From Candidatus Krumholzibacteriia bacterium (GTDB lineage: Bacteria; Krumholzibacteriota; Krumholzibacteriia; LZORAL124-64-63): DNA of 64,000 nt. The notes beneath the pieces are model-generated. The model was not told the origin of the DNA, did not search any database, and was given only the letters and a program-made list of their open reading frames with translations. Position numbers and translations under genes: made by a program. The first letter of the stretch is position 1, and each line of letters opens with the position of its first letter. The stretch is taken from NCBI GenBank assembly GCA_046484865.1, contig JAWOID010000079.1, positions 1 to 64,000 on the forward strand. Direction: 5' to 3'. Shown here piece after piece: positions 1 through 9,136 of this stretch.

Positions 1-443
1 GGCGCGGCCGCCGCGGCCGGCGCGGTGGGGCTGGTTGGCGCGGCGGGCGCGGCCGGCGCGGTCGTTGTGGTGGGGCTGGTTGGCGCGGTCGGCGCGGCCG
101 GCGTGGTGGGGGTGGTTGGCACGGCCGGCGCGGCGGGCTCCGCCGCCCGGGAAGCTCCAGTCTCGATCTCCAGCGACGCGAGGTCCACCAGTCGATGCGA
201 CCCTCGCACCAGGCAGAAAGCGCCGCTCTTGCCGGGGCGCCCCTCGATCGCCACGCGCAGCAGTTCGCCCCGGTCGAGCAGCTCGCCGACCACGGTGCGC
301 CCCACGCGTCGCATGCGCTCGGGATCGCCCCCCGCCAGCGCCTGGCGGGTTGCGCGCCGCAGGGTCGGTGCGATACCCTCCAGGGCCAGGAGGCTACCGA
401 GCAGGCGGCGGAGTTCTCGATGGGAGTCGGCGACCACGGCCAC
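1..443 (-). CDS. Partial hypothetical protein running off the window start, with a Pro/Ala/Thr-rich repetitive linker
   Basis: Not in the ORF track. Open minus frame from GTG at 443 (in-frame TGA at 471-473 upstream) reads VAVVADSHRELRRLLGSLLALEG...AAEPAAPAVPTTPTTPAAPTAPTSP; a sigma70-like promoter lies just upstream. Confidence 0.6.
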   Translation of the reverse strand, partial: MAVVADSHRELRRLLGSLLALEGIAPTLRRATRQALAGGDPERMRRVGRTVVGELLDRGELLRVAIEGRPGKSGAFCLVRGSHRLVDLASLEIETGASRAAEPAAPAVPTTPTTPAAPTAPTSPTTTTAPAAPAAPTSPTAPAAAAA

Positions 444-486
444 GCTTCCGTCTTCCCCCGGAGGGGGACCTCATGTTCTCCCATTT

Positions 487-515
487 ATTATGACATAGCA
501 TCAAATGAGAGGCAA
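487..515 (-). promoter_or_regulatory. sigma70-type promoter for the partial minus-strand gene
   Basis: TTGCCT-N17-CATAAT with TG before the -10, in an AT-rich intergenic island. Confidence 0.55.
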
Positions 516-526
516 GCAAGTCTCGC

Positions 527-555
527 TTGCCCGGCGGCCCTGGACTTGCTATGTA
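527..555 (+). promoter_or_regulatory. sigma70-type promoter for mltD (divergent partner)
   Basis: TTGCCC-N17-TATGTA with extended TG. Confidence 0.45.
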
Positions 556-631
556 GACCGCGGTCGGCCGGAGAGAGTTCGTCCGCGCCACCGACCTCAC
601 ACCCTCGAGACGATAAAGGAGTGGATCAGGG

Positions 632-2416
632 ATGACCCACCCCCGCCAGAGCAGCCCATTCTACCGCAACTTCCACCCCGCACATAACCCCTTCGCGCCG
701 CGCGTCGCACGCCTGGGGCGCCTCGGCGGCGCCTGGCTCACCGTCGCGGCCCTCGCGTTGACCGGCTGCGCCGCCTCCGGCCCCGGCCGGGAGACGGCGC
801 GGGAACCCGCACCGGGCGGCGTGGACAGCCTGTTCGCCCTCGATGGCGCCCCGGCTGCGGCTGCCGATTCCGTGGCCACGACCCTTCCCGACGAGCAGGT
901 GGTGATCTTGCCGGTCGGTCCGGACGGCCGGGCTTCCCTGGCCGATCTCGAGACGCTGTACCGGCAAGCTCTCGACCACGTCGCGCAGGCCGATGACCAG
1001 CTCGCCGAGGATCTGCTCATGGTCCTGCAGGACCAGGTGCTCATGCCGGTGCCCGCCGCCGCCGACTCGACGTGGCAGGCCCACCTGAGCAGCTTCGAGC
1101 GTCGGCTCTACCTGCTGGGCGGACTCATCGCCGAGTCCCGTGCCTTCGCGGGCGCTCCCGCCGGGGCCGACTCCCTCCTCGCCGCCGGCTATCAGGCCCT
1201 CGACCGCTTCGCGATGCCCGACTCGCTCGTTCCCGCCACGGGAACCGAGTTGCCGCCGCTGGTCGCCGATCTCCTGGAGGTGGACAACAAGGCCGTTCGC
1301 AAGTGGCTGGACTACTTCACCGGCAACGGCCGCCGGCACCTGAGCGTCTGGCTCGAGCGCAAATCCGCGGTGGAACCGCTCATCACCCGTATTCTCGACG
1401 AGCACGGACTGCCCCGCGAACTCGTCTACCTCGCGATGATCGAGAGCGGACTCAGCCCCCGCGCCCACTCCAGCGCCGGCGCGGTCGGTCCGTGGCAGTT
1501 CATGCCGGGTACCGGCCGTCGCTACGGCTTGCGGCAGAACTGGTGGGTGGACGAGCGCCGGGATTTCGAGCTCTCCACGCAGGCGGCGGCCCGGTACCTG
1601 TCGGCCCTGTACGAGGAGTTCGGCAACTGGGCGCTCGTGCTCGCCGCGTACAACAGCGGCGAGAACCGGGTGGCGCGCCAGATCCGGCTGACGGGGCACG
1701 ACGATTACTGGCGCCTGCGCCTGCCCCTGCAGACCACCGACTACGTGCCGAAGTTCATCGCCGCGGCACGCATCGGCGAGGACCCCGACGACTACGGATT
1801 CACGGTGGGCGAGAGCGCGCCGGTGGCGTTCGAGAGCGTGTCGGTGGCGGATGCCACCGATCTCTCCCTGATCGCCGAGTGCGCCGGCGTGGAGGCGGCC
1901 GAGGTGGCCCTGCTCAACCCTGCCCTGCTGCGGGGGGCCAGTCCGCCGGACCTCGGGGAATACGCGGTCCGCGTGCCCGTCGGAACCGGCGACCGGACGG
2001 CGGCGGAGCTGAAGAAGATTCCCGCCGACCGGCGCCTCACCTGGCGCAGCCACCGAGTCCAGCGCGGCGAGACCCTGAGCCAGATCGCGTCGCGTTACGG
2101 CACCAGCACCGCCGACATCTCGCGCCTCAACAACGTGCGCAACCCGCACCTGATCCGGCCCGGGGACCAGCTCCTCATCCCGATGCCCGCCGAGCTGGCC
2201 GCGAAGGCGACCCGGCGCGCCGGGGAGAAGGGCCACTACGTCCCGCCCGACGGCTACGAGCGCGTGAGCTACAGCGTCCGCAAGGGCGATACCCTCGGCG
2301 CCATCGCCCGGTCGCTGGGCGTGTCGGTCGTCCACCTGCGCAAGGTGAACGCCCTCCAGCGTACGCACCTGATCTATCCGGGACAGCGGATCTACGCGTA
2401 CCGCCCCGCCAGCTAG
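632..2416 (+). CDS. mltD: Membrane-bound lytic murein transglycosylase D-like lipoprotein (SLT plus two LysM)
   Basis: Lipobox LTGC; SLT motifs MIESG, GPWQFM, AAYNSG; two LysM repeats (HRVQRGETLSQIA, YSVRKGDTLGAIA); AAGGAG RBS. Confidence 0.88.
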   Translation: MTHPRQSSPFYRNFHPAHNPFAPRVARLGRLGGAWLTVAALALTGCAASGPGRETAREPAPGGVDSLFALDGAPAAAADSVATTLPDEQVVILPVGPDGRASLADLETLYRQALDHVAQADDQLAEDLLMVLQDQVLMPVPAAADSTWQAHLSSFERRLYLLGGLIAESRAFAGAPAGADSLLAAGYQALDRFAMPDSLVPATGTELPPLVADLLEVDNKAVRKWLDYFTGNGRRHLSVWLERKSAVEPLITRILDEHGLPRELVYLAMIESGLSPRAHSSAGAVGPWQFMPGTGRRYGLRQNWWVDERRDFELSTQAAARYLSALYEEFGNWALVLAAYNSGENRVARQIRLTGHDDYWRLRLPLQTTDYVPKFIAAARIGEDPDDYGFTVGESAPVAFESVSVADATDLSLIAECAGVEAAEVALLNPALLRGASPPDLGEYAVRVPVGTGDRTAAELKKIPADRRLTWRSHRVQRGETLSQIASRYGTSTADISRLNNVRNPHLIRPGDQLLIPMPAELAAKATRRAGEKGHYVPPDGYERVSYSVRKGDTLGAIARSLGVSVVHLRKVNALQRTHLIYPGQRIYAYRPAS

Positions 2417-2435
2417 GCCCGCACCAGCGAAGACA

Positions 2436-2467
2436 CGTCCGCCCCCGTCACCAGGCGGGGGCGGACG
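2436..2467. terminator. GC-rich hairpin between convergent genes
   Basis: CGTCCGCCCCCGTC-ACCA-GGCGGGGGCGGACG, 14-bp stem with one G-U pair; no U-tract. Confidence 0.6.
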
Positions 2468-2508
2468 CTCTCGAACCGACTCGGGTTTCAGACGACCGCG
2501 GATCGCCG

Positions 2509-3609
2509 TCAGAACATCACCGACAGGCTGATCCGATGCGTGACCTCGTCGATGTCGAGGACGTCGCCCGCGTAGGCGTAGTCGACCGTCAGCGGCGAGA
2601 TGCGGAAGCCCGCGCCCGCCGTGATGTTCTCGGTCTTCCAGCCGCTGTCGAAGCCGCCCCGCAGGAACACGCGCTCGCTGAACGAGACCTCGGCGCCCAC
2701 GTGGGCGTTGGCGCTGATGTCCCCCGTGGAGAACTGGTCCGCCTCGCCGCGATTCTCGAAGCGCGTCTCCACCGACGCGGCGAGCAGCAGGCCCATGTTC
2801 CACTCCGGCAACGGGAGGCGATAGGCCAGCCCCGGAACCACCGCCGGCAGGATGTACTCGGTGGTGCCGTCCTCGGTGTTCCAGGACAGGTAGGTGGTGG
2901 TGACGTCCTGCAGCTTCAGGCCGAAGTCGAGGTTGCCCCACACCTTCGGTCGGAGCAGCGCCAGGTCGGCGCCGATGCCGAAGCTCGAGTACGGTCCCAC
3001 GCTCTGGCGGATGAACTTGAGCGAGGCGCCGAACAGCCATTCGCCCTTGCGCTCGCCGTACGAGAGCAGGAACGCGAACTCCTGGTCGCTCTCGTAGATG
3101 ATCTGGTCCTGCAGGTCGAGGAGGCCGAGCGTCTCCTCGCGCGACACGATGCCGTCGCCGTCGGCGTCCAGCTGGTCGCGCAGGTGGTCGGTGAAGGGAA
3201 TGTCGTCGATGCCCAGCCGGATCACCGTGAAGCCGATGCCCGCCGCATCGCCGCCGAGGATCCTCCAGCCCACCGGCTGCACGTAGGAGGCGAAGTCGCG
3301 GTCCACCAGGTCGCCGAACCGCTCGGCGTGCATGAGCAGGAGCTGGCGCGACCGGACGCCCGCGAGGCCGGCGGGGTTCCAGAACGTCGCCGAGGGATCG
3401 TCGGCCACGGCCGTGAACGCGCGCGCCAGGCCGAGGGCGCGGGCGCCGCCGCCGTCCTCCATGAACGCACCGGCATACTTCGTCGCCCCCACGGGCGCCG
3501 CCGTCCCCAGCAGCAGCGCGCAGGCAGCCAGGGCGGAAACGGCGGTGGCGACGAATCGTACGGACCCGAGCGGGCGGATGACCCGACCCACGAGCCGAGG
3601 GATGTGCAT
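2509..3609 (-). CDS. PorV/PorQ (UPF0164) family outer-membrane beta-barrel
   Basis: ATG at 3609 after GGAG; signal peptide; GGGARALGLARAFTAVADDPSATFWNPAGL signature; C-terminal HRISLSVMF beta-signal. Confidence 0.8.
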   Translation of the reverse strand: MHIPRLVGRVIRPLGSVRFVATAVSALAACALLLGTAAPVGATKYAGAFMEDGGGARALGLARAFTAVADDPSATFWNPAGLAGVRSRQLLLMHAERFGDLVDRDFASYVQPVGWRILGGDAAGIGFTVIRLGIDDIPFTDHLRDQLDADGDGIVSREETLGLLDLQDQIIYESDQEFAFLLSYGERKGEWLFGASLKFIRQSVGPYSSFGIGADLALLRPKVWGNLDFGLKLQDVTTTYLSWNTEDGTTEYILPAVVPGLAYRLPLPEWNMGLLLAASVETRFENRGEADQFSTGDISANAHVGAEVSFSERVFLRGGFDSGWKTENITAGAGFRISPLTVDYAYAGDVLDIDEVTHRISLSVMF

Positions 3610-3651
3610 GCTCGTAACTCCAGCCAGGGGATGCGACCAGATCCGACATCG

Positions 3652-3666
3652 GCAGCCGTCGTTCCA
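3652..3666 (-). promoter_or_regulatory. Putative sigma54 promoter of the PorV-like gene
   Basis: TGGAAC-GACGG-CTGC (GG-N10-GC) 43 bp upstream of the ATG. Confidence 0.5.
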
Positions 3667-3764
3667 GTATACGGCACGGCTACGCTCCTGAAAAGCTCTT
3701 GTTGCAACTGCGGGCGCATGGGGCAGGTTCCGTCGGCAGCTGCCGCCGGCATCTCCGTCCGGTC

Positions 3765-5261
3765 TCAGAGGCCGTACTGGCGGATCTTCCGGTAGAGCGT
3801 CCGCTCGCTGATCCCCAGCCGCTCCGCGGCCTTGCGGCGGTGCCCGCCGCTGGCGCGCAGCGCCGCTTCGATGATGGCGCGCTCCGCCGTCTGCAGTTCG
3901 CCTCCCTCGCCAGGCTGCGCCACGGGCGTGAAGTACGCATCCTCGGTGAACGCCTTCACCAGGGACGACGGCGGGATCCGGCCGCCCATCGCGCCCTCCC
4001 TGAGCAGGGCCTTGATCTCCTTCACGTCGCGGCGCAGTTCCAGCAGGGTCGAGGCCAGCACGGCCAGATCCAGGCCGCCCGCCTCCATGTCCACCGGCAC
4101 CGGCAGGTACGGCGACTCCCACGCCGCCCGCTCACCCGGGACACCGTCCAGCGGCAGGTCGTCCCGCTCGATGTAGCCGCGTTGCTTGATCACGACCGCC
4201 GCGCTGATGACGTTGCGCAGTTCTCGCACGTTCCCCGGCCACGAGTGCTGCTGCAGCCGCTCCAGGGCCGGCCGGCTGAGCCCCCGCACCGCCAGGTGGT
4301 GCCGCGCGTTCTCCTGTTTCACGAAGGACTCCGCCAGGACGGGGATGTCCCCCTTGCGCTCGCGCAGCGGCGGGGTGCGGATCACCACGACGCGCAGCCG
4401 ATAGTAGAGATCCTGGCGGAAGCGCCCATCCTCCACGGCCCGCGCCAGGTCGCGGTGGGTGGCGGCCACCAGCCGGATGTCGCTGTGCTCGAGCTGGCGG
4501 CCGCCGACCGGCGTGAACTCGCCCGTCTCCAGCGCGCGCAGGAAGCGGGTCTGCATGCCCAGGGGCATCTCGGCCACCTCGTCCAGAAAGAGAGTGCCGC
4601 CGTCGGCCCGCTTGAAGACCCCCTCGTGCGTGGCCACCGCACCGGTGAACGCGCCGCGCGCGTGGCCGAACAGCTCGCTCTCGAGCACTCCCTCGCTGAT
4701 GGCGCCGCAGTTGAGACTGATGAACGGCCCCGTACGGCGCGGCGAGTGGGCGTGGATCGCCCGCGCCACCAGTTCCTTGCCGGTGCCGCTCTCTCCCAGC
4801 ACCAGCACGTTCACGTCCAGCGGCGCCACCTGGGCGATGAGCGAGATCATCTCCCCCACGGCGGGCGAGCGCCCGGTGATGCCGCTCTCGCGGCGCACCT
4901 TGCGCAGCTGCAGCAGGCGTTCCACCACCACCCGGATCTCGTCCTCGGGGGCGTCGGCGGGCAGGAAGTTCGAGGCCACGCCACGCACCTCTTCGGCAAG
5001 GTCGGCCAGCGCCTCCTCCTCGCCGAGGATCACCAGGTCGGCGTCGCTCTTGAGCGAGACGAACTTGCGGACGACGTGGCGGGTGCGGGCGAAATCGACC
5101 GTGTCGAACAGGAAGAGAGTGGCACCCCCCCCCGCGAGCTGCGCCAGGGCCTCGGCAGGCGCGTCGTGGACGAAGACGTCCACGTCCGGAAGGTCCCAGT
5201 CGGCAACCAGCTTGTAGAGAGCGGGGCGACGGCTGAGCAGAACGAGCGGTGTGGCGGCCAT
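3765..5261 (-). CDS. sigma54-dependent enhancer-binding protein with degenerate receiver domain
   Basis: Walker [44 protein letters not shown]-terminal Fis HTH; N-terminus lacks the acidic pocket. Confidence 0.92.
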   Translation of the reverse strand: MAATPLVLLSRRPALYKLVADWDLPDVDVFVHDAPAEALAQLAGGGATLFLFDTVDFARTRHVVRKFVSLKSDADLVILGEEEALADLAEEVRGVASNFLPADAPEDEIRVVVERLLQLRKVRRESGITGRSPAVGEMISLIAQVAPLDVNVLVLGESGTGKELVARAIHAHSPRRTGPFISLNCGAISEGVLESELFGHARGAFTGAVATHEGVFKRADGGTLFLDEVAEMPLGMQTRFLRALETGEFTPVGGRQLEHSDIRLVAATHRDLARAVEDGRFRQDLYYRLRVVVIRTPPLRERKGDIPVLAESFVKQENARHHLAVRGLSRPALERLQQHSWPGNVRELRNVISAAVVIKQRGYIERDDLPLDGVPGERAAWESPYLPVPVDMEAGGLDLAVLASTLLELRRDVKEIKALLREGAMGGRIPPSSLVKAFTEDAYFTPVAQPGEGGELQTAERAIIEAALRASGGHRRKAAERLGISERTLYRKIRQYGL

Positions 5262-5333
5262 CCCTCACCTCGACGATACGACTGCGGTCGGGACGGCATG
5301 ATACACAGGCAACCGGCGGGCGACAAACGGGAA

Positions 5334-6254
5334 TCAGGAGATCTCGACCAGGGCCTCCGCGTCGGCGCGGGCGGTGGCGAGGGCTTCCTGCGCCTCGTCC
5401 ACCCGGTCCGGCGTCAGTCCCGCCGCCGCGCACAGCGCTTCGGCGGCCGCGTGTCGCGCATCGAAGCCCAGGTCGCTCGCCGGGGGAGATCCGGTATTGA
5501 CGAGGTGGTCGGCGAGGGCCACGAGCGCGGTCTGACGGTCCATGCGGCGGCCGTCGTGATGCGTCCCGCAGCAGGCCACCAGGGCGTCGGGAAAGCACCA
5601 GTGCCTCATGTACGCTGCGCCGGCTGACGCATGGTCGGTCCCGAGGAGCTGCCGCTCGACCTCCACGAGCGGCCTTCCGCTCTCGTGCCGCAGGCGGATC
5701 ACCGCGTCGTACTCGCCGGGCACCTGGATCACGAGCAGGAACTTGCCGAGGTCGTGCAGCAGACCCGCGGTGAACAGGTCCTCCAGCGCACCGTCTCCTC
5801 GCAGTCGCGCGAGCTCCCGGCTGTAGGAGGCCACGAGCACCGAGTGCATCCACAGTTCCCGGTAGTCGAGGCGGCTCCGGCGCCGCGAGCAGGCGGTCAC
5901 CAGGCTCGAGGCGATCGAGACGCAGATCGCCACCTGACGCACCGTCCGGAAGCCGAGCACGCGGACGCAGCTCCGGATGTCCCGCGGCGGTTCCCCGCCA
6001 TGCGGATAGAGCGGTGAACTGGCCAGCCGCAGGATCTTGGTCGTCAGCGGCGCGTCGCACTGGATCGCGTCGGCCAGCGCCTGCGCGCTGCTCACCGGGT
6101 CCTCCAGCACGCGCAAGATGCGGATGAGCGTCTCCGGGATGGACGGCAGATCCTCCACGCGGCAGAGTCGATCGAGCACGCCCGCCGCGCAGCCGTCGCC
6201 GCCTCCGTCGCCGGAGCCCGGCGCCGGGCAGGGCACGTCCGGCCGCCGGGTCAC
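5334..6254 (-). CDS. HDOD domain protein
   Basis: LPSIP, DAPLTTKILRLASS, LWMHS, AGLLHDLGK, GTDH..AG motifs. Confidence 0.88.
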   Translation of the reverse strand: MTRRPDVPCPAPGSGDGGGDGCAAGVLDRLCRVEDLPSIPETLIRILRVLEDPVSSAQALADAIQCDAPLTTKILRLASSPLYPHGGEPPRDIRSCVRVLGFRTVRQVAICVSIASSLVTACSRRRSRLDYRELWMHSVLVASYSRELARLRGDGALEDLFTAGLLHDLGKFLLVIQVPGEYDAVIRLRHESGRPLVEVERQLLGTDHASAGAAYMRHWCFPDALVACCGTHHDGRRMDRQTALVALADHLVNTGSPPASDLGFDARHAAAEALCAAAGLTPDRVDEAQEALATARADAEALVEIS

Positions 6255-6270
6255 GACACCCTCCCGTCGT

Positions 6271-7173
6271 TCATATGAAGACCTCCATCTCGGTCTCCAG
6301 GGTGGCCTTCAGCTGCCCGGCCACGTCCTCCAGCAGTTCCGGCGAAAGTTGCAGGAACACGTTGCTCGGCAGGACCTGCAGGTCGATGGCCGGGTCGTCG
6401 ACGAACCCCACCCCCAGCTTCTTGCAGAGGTGATTCGCCAGGTCCAGATACAGCAGCAACGGGTTCTCCGGCGCGAAGCGGCCGGGCTCGTGGTGATCAC
6501 CGATGATCTGCTCGAGCATCGGCGGCAGCTTCCACTTGTTCACCAGCAGCGCACCCACCTGGGCGTGATCGAAGCCCAGGATCTCGCGCTCCGTGTCCGC
6601 GAAGGACCGGCTCTCGTTGTAGACGACCTGGACGACCTCGTCGAAACGTTCTGGCGCCTGGAGATTGAGCACCAGCTTGCCGATGTCGTGCAGGAGGCCC
6701 GCGAGGAAGGCCTCCTCGGTCAGCTGTGGGTAGCGGTGCTGGACCATCAGCTTGCAGGCGAAGCCGCAGCCCACGGAGTGCTCCCACAGCAGACGTTCCT
6801 TCAGGCCCAGTCGCTTGGCGCCGGTGCTGTACAGATTGCGCGCGGCGCTGGTGACGACCAGGCTGCGGATCGAGTTGAAGCCGAGCATGACGATGGCCTC
6901 GGTCAACGTCTTCACGCGGCGACTGCAGGCGTACATGGCCGAGTTCGCGATCTTCAGGATGCGGGCGGTCATGGCCTGGTCGTCGGCGATGACCTGCTGG
7001 ATCTGCTGCGCGGAGGTGCTGGGATCGGAGGACAGCTCGAGCACCTTGCTGGCCACGTGGGGCATGGCGGGCAGGTCGCGCGTGGTCAGGATGATGTTCC
7101 GGAGCTGCTGCTCGCGGTCCTGCTCGGCGTCGGTGCCGGTCGCGACAGGCGGCTGTGGTGCGGTCGGCATCAC
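6271..7173 (-). CDS. HDOD domain protein
   Basis: LPAMP, ILKIANSAMY, LWEHS, AGLLHDIGK, GFDHAQVG, WKLP motifs. Confidence 0.9.
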   Translation of the reverse strand: MMPTAPQPPVATGTDAEQDREQQLRNIILTTRDLPAMPHVASKVLELSSDPSTSAQQIQQVIADDQAMTARILKIANSAMYACSRRVKTLTEAIVMLGFNSIRSLVVTSAARNLYSTGAKRLGLKERLLWEHSVGCGFACKLMVQHRYPQLTEEAFLAGLLHDIGKLVLNLQAPERFDEVVQVVYNESRSFADTEREILGFDHAQVGALLVNKWKLPPMLEQIIGDHHEPGRFAPENPLLLYLDLANHLCKKLGVGFVDDPAIDLQVLPSNVFLQLSPELLEDVAGQLKATLETEMEVFI

Positions 7174-7227
7174 GTCTCCCGGTGGCTGGACTGCCGCGCG
7201 AGCGCCGGCGCACCCGCGGGCCGGACG

Positions 7228-7689
7228 TCAGGCGCGAGCCCTGAAGACGTATTCGACATCCGGCGCGGACGTCTTGAGTTCCGGATCCGCCGCCTCCTCG
7301 CGCAGGGCGGCGGAGACGGCCTCGAGCCGATCGGCGGCCGCGCGCAGGCGCTGGTGCAGCAGCCGCAGTGACGGGCCGGAGGCTCCCGCGGCGTAGGCGC
7401 GCAGCAGATGGTCGGCGCCGACGGGGACCCGCGGCGGCGGCGCGGCCGGTGCCGTGTCGCGGGGGTCCGTTGCGGTGACCGCTGCGGGCGGCGCGACTGC
7501 GACCCGGCAGCACGCCCGGGCCGGGATGCGGATGCGGAGCAGGCGCCCCGCAACCCGCTCCAGCGGTGCACGGAGTTGCAGGGAGACCGCCACGACGAGG
7601 AGGGTGGCGCCGGCGGCGATCGCGCCGGCCCCCGCCCAGAACAGGACGCCCTGTCCGTGCAGCATCTGTGCGAGCGTGGTCCAGCCCAT
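7228..7689 (-). CDS. Hypothetical single-pass membrane protein
   Basis: AAAGGG RBS; hydrophobic segment VLFWAGAGAIAAGATLLVVAVSL; co-oriented in the operon. Confidence 0.65.
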   Translation of the reverse strand: MGWTTLAQMLHGQGVLFWAGAGAIAAGATLLVVAVSLQLRAPLERVAGRLLRIRIPARACCRVAVAPPAAVTATDPRDTAPAAPPPRVPVGADHLLRAYAAGASGPSLRLLHQRLRAAADRLEAVSAALREEAADPELKTSAPDVEYVFRARA

Positions 7690-7721
7690 GGTACCCTTTC
7701 CGCCGCGGCGGTTCCGGCGCT

Positions 7722-8057
7722 TCAGACGCGCCGGTCGATGAGCCCGCCGAGCGCCGCCGGCGCGCCGTGCGTGTCGTCGGGCCCGGTCTCCGGCGCGCCG
7801 CCGTCGGCGTTACCGGTCGATCGCTTCTTCTCCCGTCGACGCTCGCGGCGGCGCTGCCGCGCGTCGGCGTCCACCCGGCCCTTCTCCGCCTTCTCCATCT
7901 GCGGCACCCGCTGCACCCGCAGCTCGTCGCGCTTGTCGGCCTGCTCGGAGAACGGCGTGACCGGCTGCTGTTGCGCCTGCTGGCCCTTGGCCTGGGCGCG
8001 GGCGACGTTGCCGAGCTGGACGATGGTGGTCTGCACCGATACGCCGTCACCCGCCAT
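7722..8057 (-). CDS. Hypothetical charged protein downstream of fliA
   Basis: GGAG/GGGGG RBS; Gln-rich then basic; ends GGLIDRRV. Confidence 0.7.
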   Translation of the reverse strand: MAGDGVSVQTTIVQLGNVARAQAKGQQAQQQPVTPFSEQADKRDELRVQRVPQMEKAEKGRVDADARQRRRERRREKKRSTGNADGGAPETGPDDTHGAPAALGGLIDRRV

Positions 8058-8088
8058 GGTCCCCCCGCTCCCGTGCCACGGGATGGGT

Positions 8089-9051
8089 TCAGACGCCGCC
8101 TGCCGCCACGCCGAGGACCGGCAGCAGCAGCGCCAGCATCGCCGTCACGTTCACCGGATCGAGCAGATCCGCGGCCGTGCGGGCCGGCGCCGGCGCCGAT
8201 TCGTTCTGCCGGGCGGCTCGCTGTCGTTGCCGGATCTCCTGGGTGATCTGGCCGATCGACTGCTTCCCCTCGTGGCGCTCGATCTTGCCTCTGAGCCGGA
8301 GGATCGCCTTGGTGTGGATCTGGCAGACCCTGCTCTCGGTGACGTCGAGGATCTCGCCGATCTCCTTGAGCGTCAGTTCCTCGTAGTAATAGAGCACCAG
8401 GACGAGCTGCTCCTTCTCGGGCAGTTCCGAGAGCCGGCGCGCGATGAGCTGCTTCATCTCCTGCTGCGCGAGGACGTGTTCCACCTCGTCGGAACGGGGG
8501 TCGGCGAGATACTCGCCCAGCGAGGTGGACTGCTCGCTGTCCTCGGCCGACGCGTCCGCGTCGAGCGACATGATGGTGGCCACGGCCACCTCGCCCAGCA
8601 ACTCGTCCAGATCTTCCACGGGGATGTCCAGTTCCCGGGCGATCTCCGCGTCGGTGGCCGGACGTCCGAGCCGGGCCTCCAGCACGCTGTAGGCCTCCTC
8701 GAGCTGCTTGGCCTTCCGTCGCAGGGAGCGCGGGAACCAGTCCTGGCTGCGCAGCTCGTCGAGGATCGACCCGCGGATGCGAGGTATGGCGTACGTCTCG
8801 AACTTGATGCCGCGCTCGTGGTCGAAGTGGTCGATAGCCTGGATCAATCCGAGCAACCCGGCGGAGATCAGGTCGTTGAACTCCACGTAGTGCGGCAGAC
8901 CCACCGCCATGCGACCCGCCACGTACTTCACGATCCGGGCGTAGCGTTCGACCAGTTCCTGCCGGGCCAGCTGATCGTCGTGGTCACGGTAGCGCCGCCA
9001 GAGATCGCCGTGGGCGAGTGGAGCCTGGACGAACGTTGCCTGCTCGGTCAT
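8089..9051 (-). CDS. fliA: RNA polymerase sigma28 factor FliA/WhiG with C-terminal extension
   Basis: DLISAGLLGL, KFETYAIPRIRGSILDELR, DWFPRS, LYYYEELTLKEIG, ESRVCQIH; start set at ATG 9051 downstream of the sigma54 motif. Confidence 0.95.
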   Translation of the reverse strand: MTEQATFVQAPLAHGDLWRRYRDHDDQLARQELVERYARIVKYVAGRMAVGLPHYVEFNDLISAGLLGLIQAIDHFDHERGIKFETYAIPRIRGSILDELRSQDWFPRSLRRKAKQLEEAYSVLEARLGRPATDAEIARELDIPVEDLDELLGEVAVATIMSLDADASAEDSEQSTSLGEYLADPRSDEVEHVLAQQEMKQLIARRLSELPEKEQLVLVLYYYEELTLKEIGEILDVTESRVCQIHTKAILRLRGKIERHEGKQSIGQITQEIRQRQRAARQNESAPAPARTAADLLDPVNVTAMLALLLPVLGVAAGGV

Positions 9052-9101
9052 GGATGCGCCTTTCTGGTGGGCCTCGCGACCGGGAATGCCGCCGGGAATT
9101 T

Positions 9102-9116
9102 GCACGTTCTGTGCCA
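9102..9116 (-). promoter_or_regulatory. sigma54 promoter upstream of fliA
   Basis: TGGCAC-AGAAC-GTGC(A), intergenic. Confidence 0.7.
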
Positions 9117-9136
9117 GAGTTCCTCGTCGTTACGCG

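Noticed and set aside
626..3795. Very long alternative ORFs (1007 aa minus, 907 aa plus) and similar ones such as 10642-12777, 20495-22927 and 37771-40809
   Set aside because: Antisense or shifted shadows of real genes, expected at this GC content; Arg/Pro/Gly-rich with no motifs.
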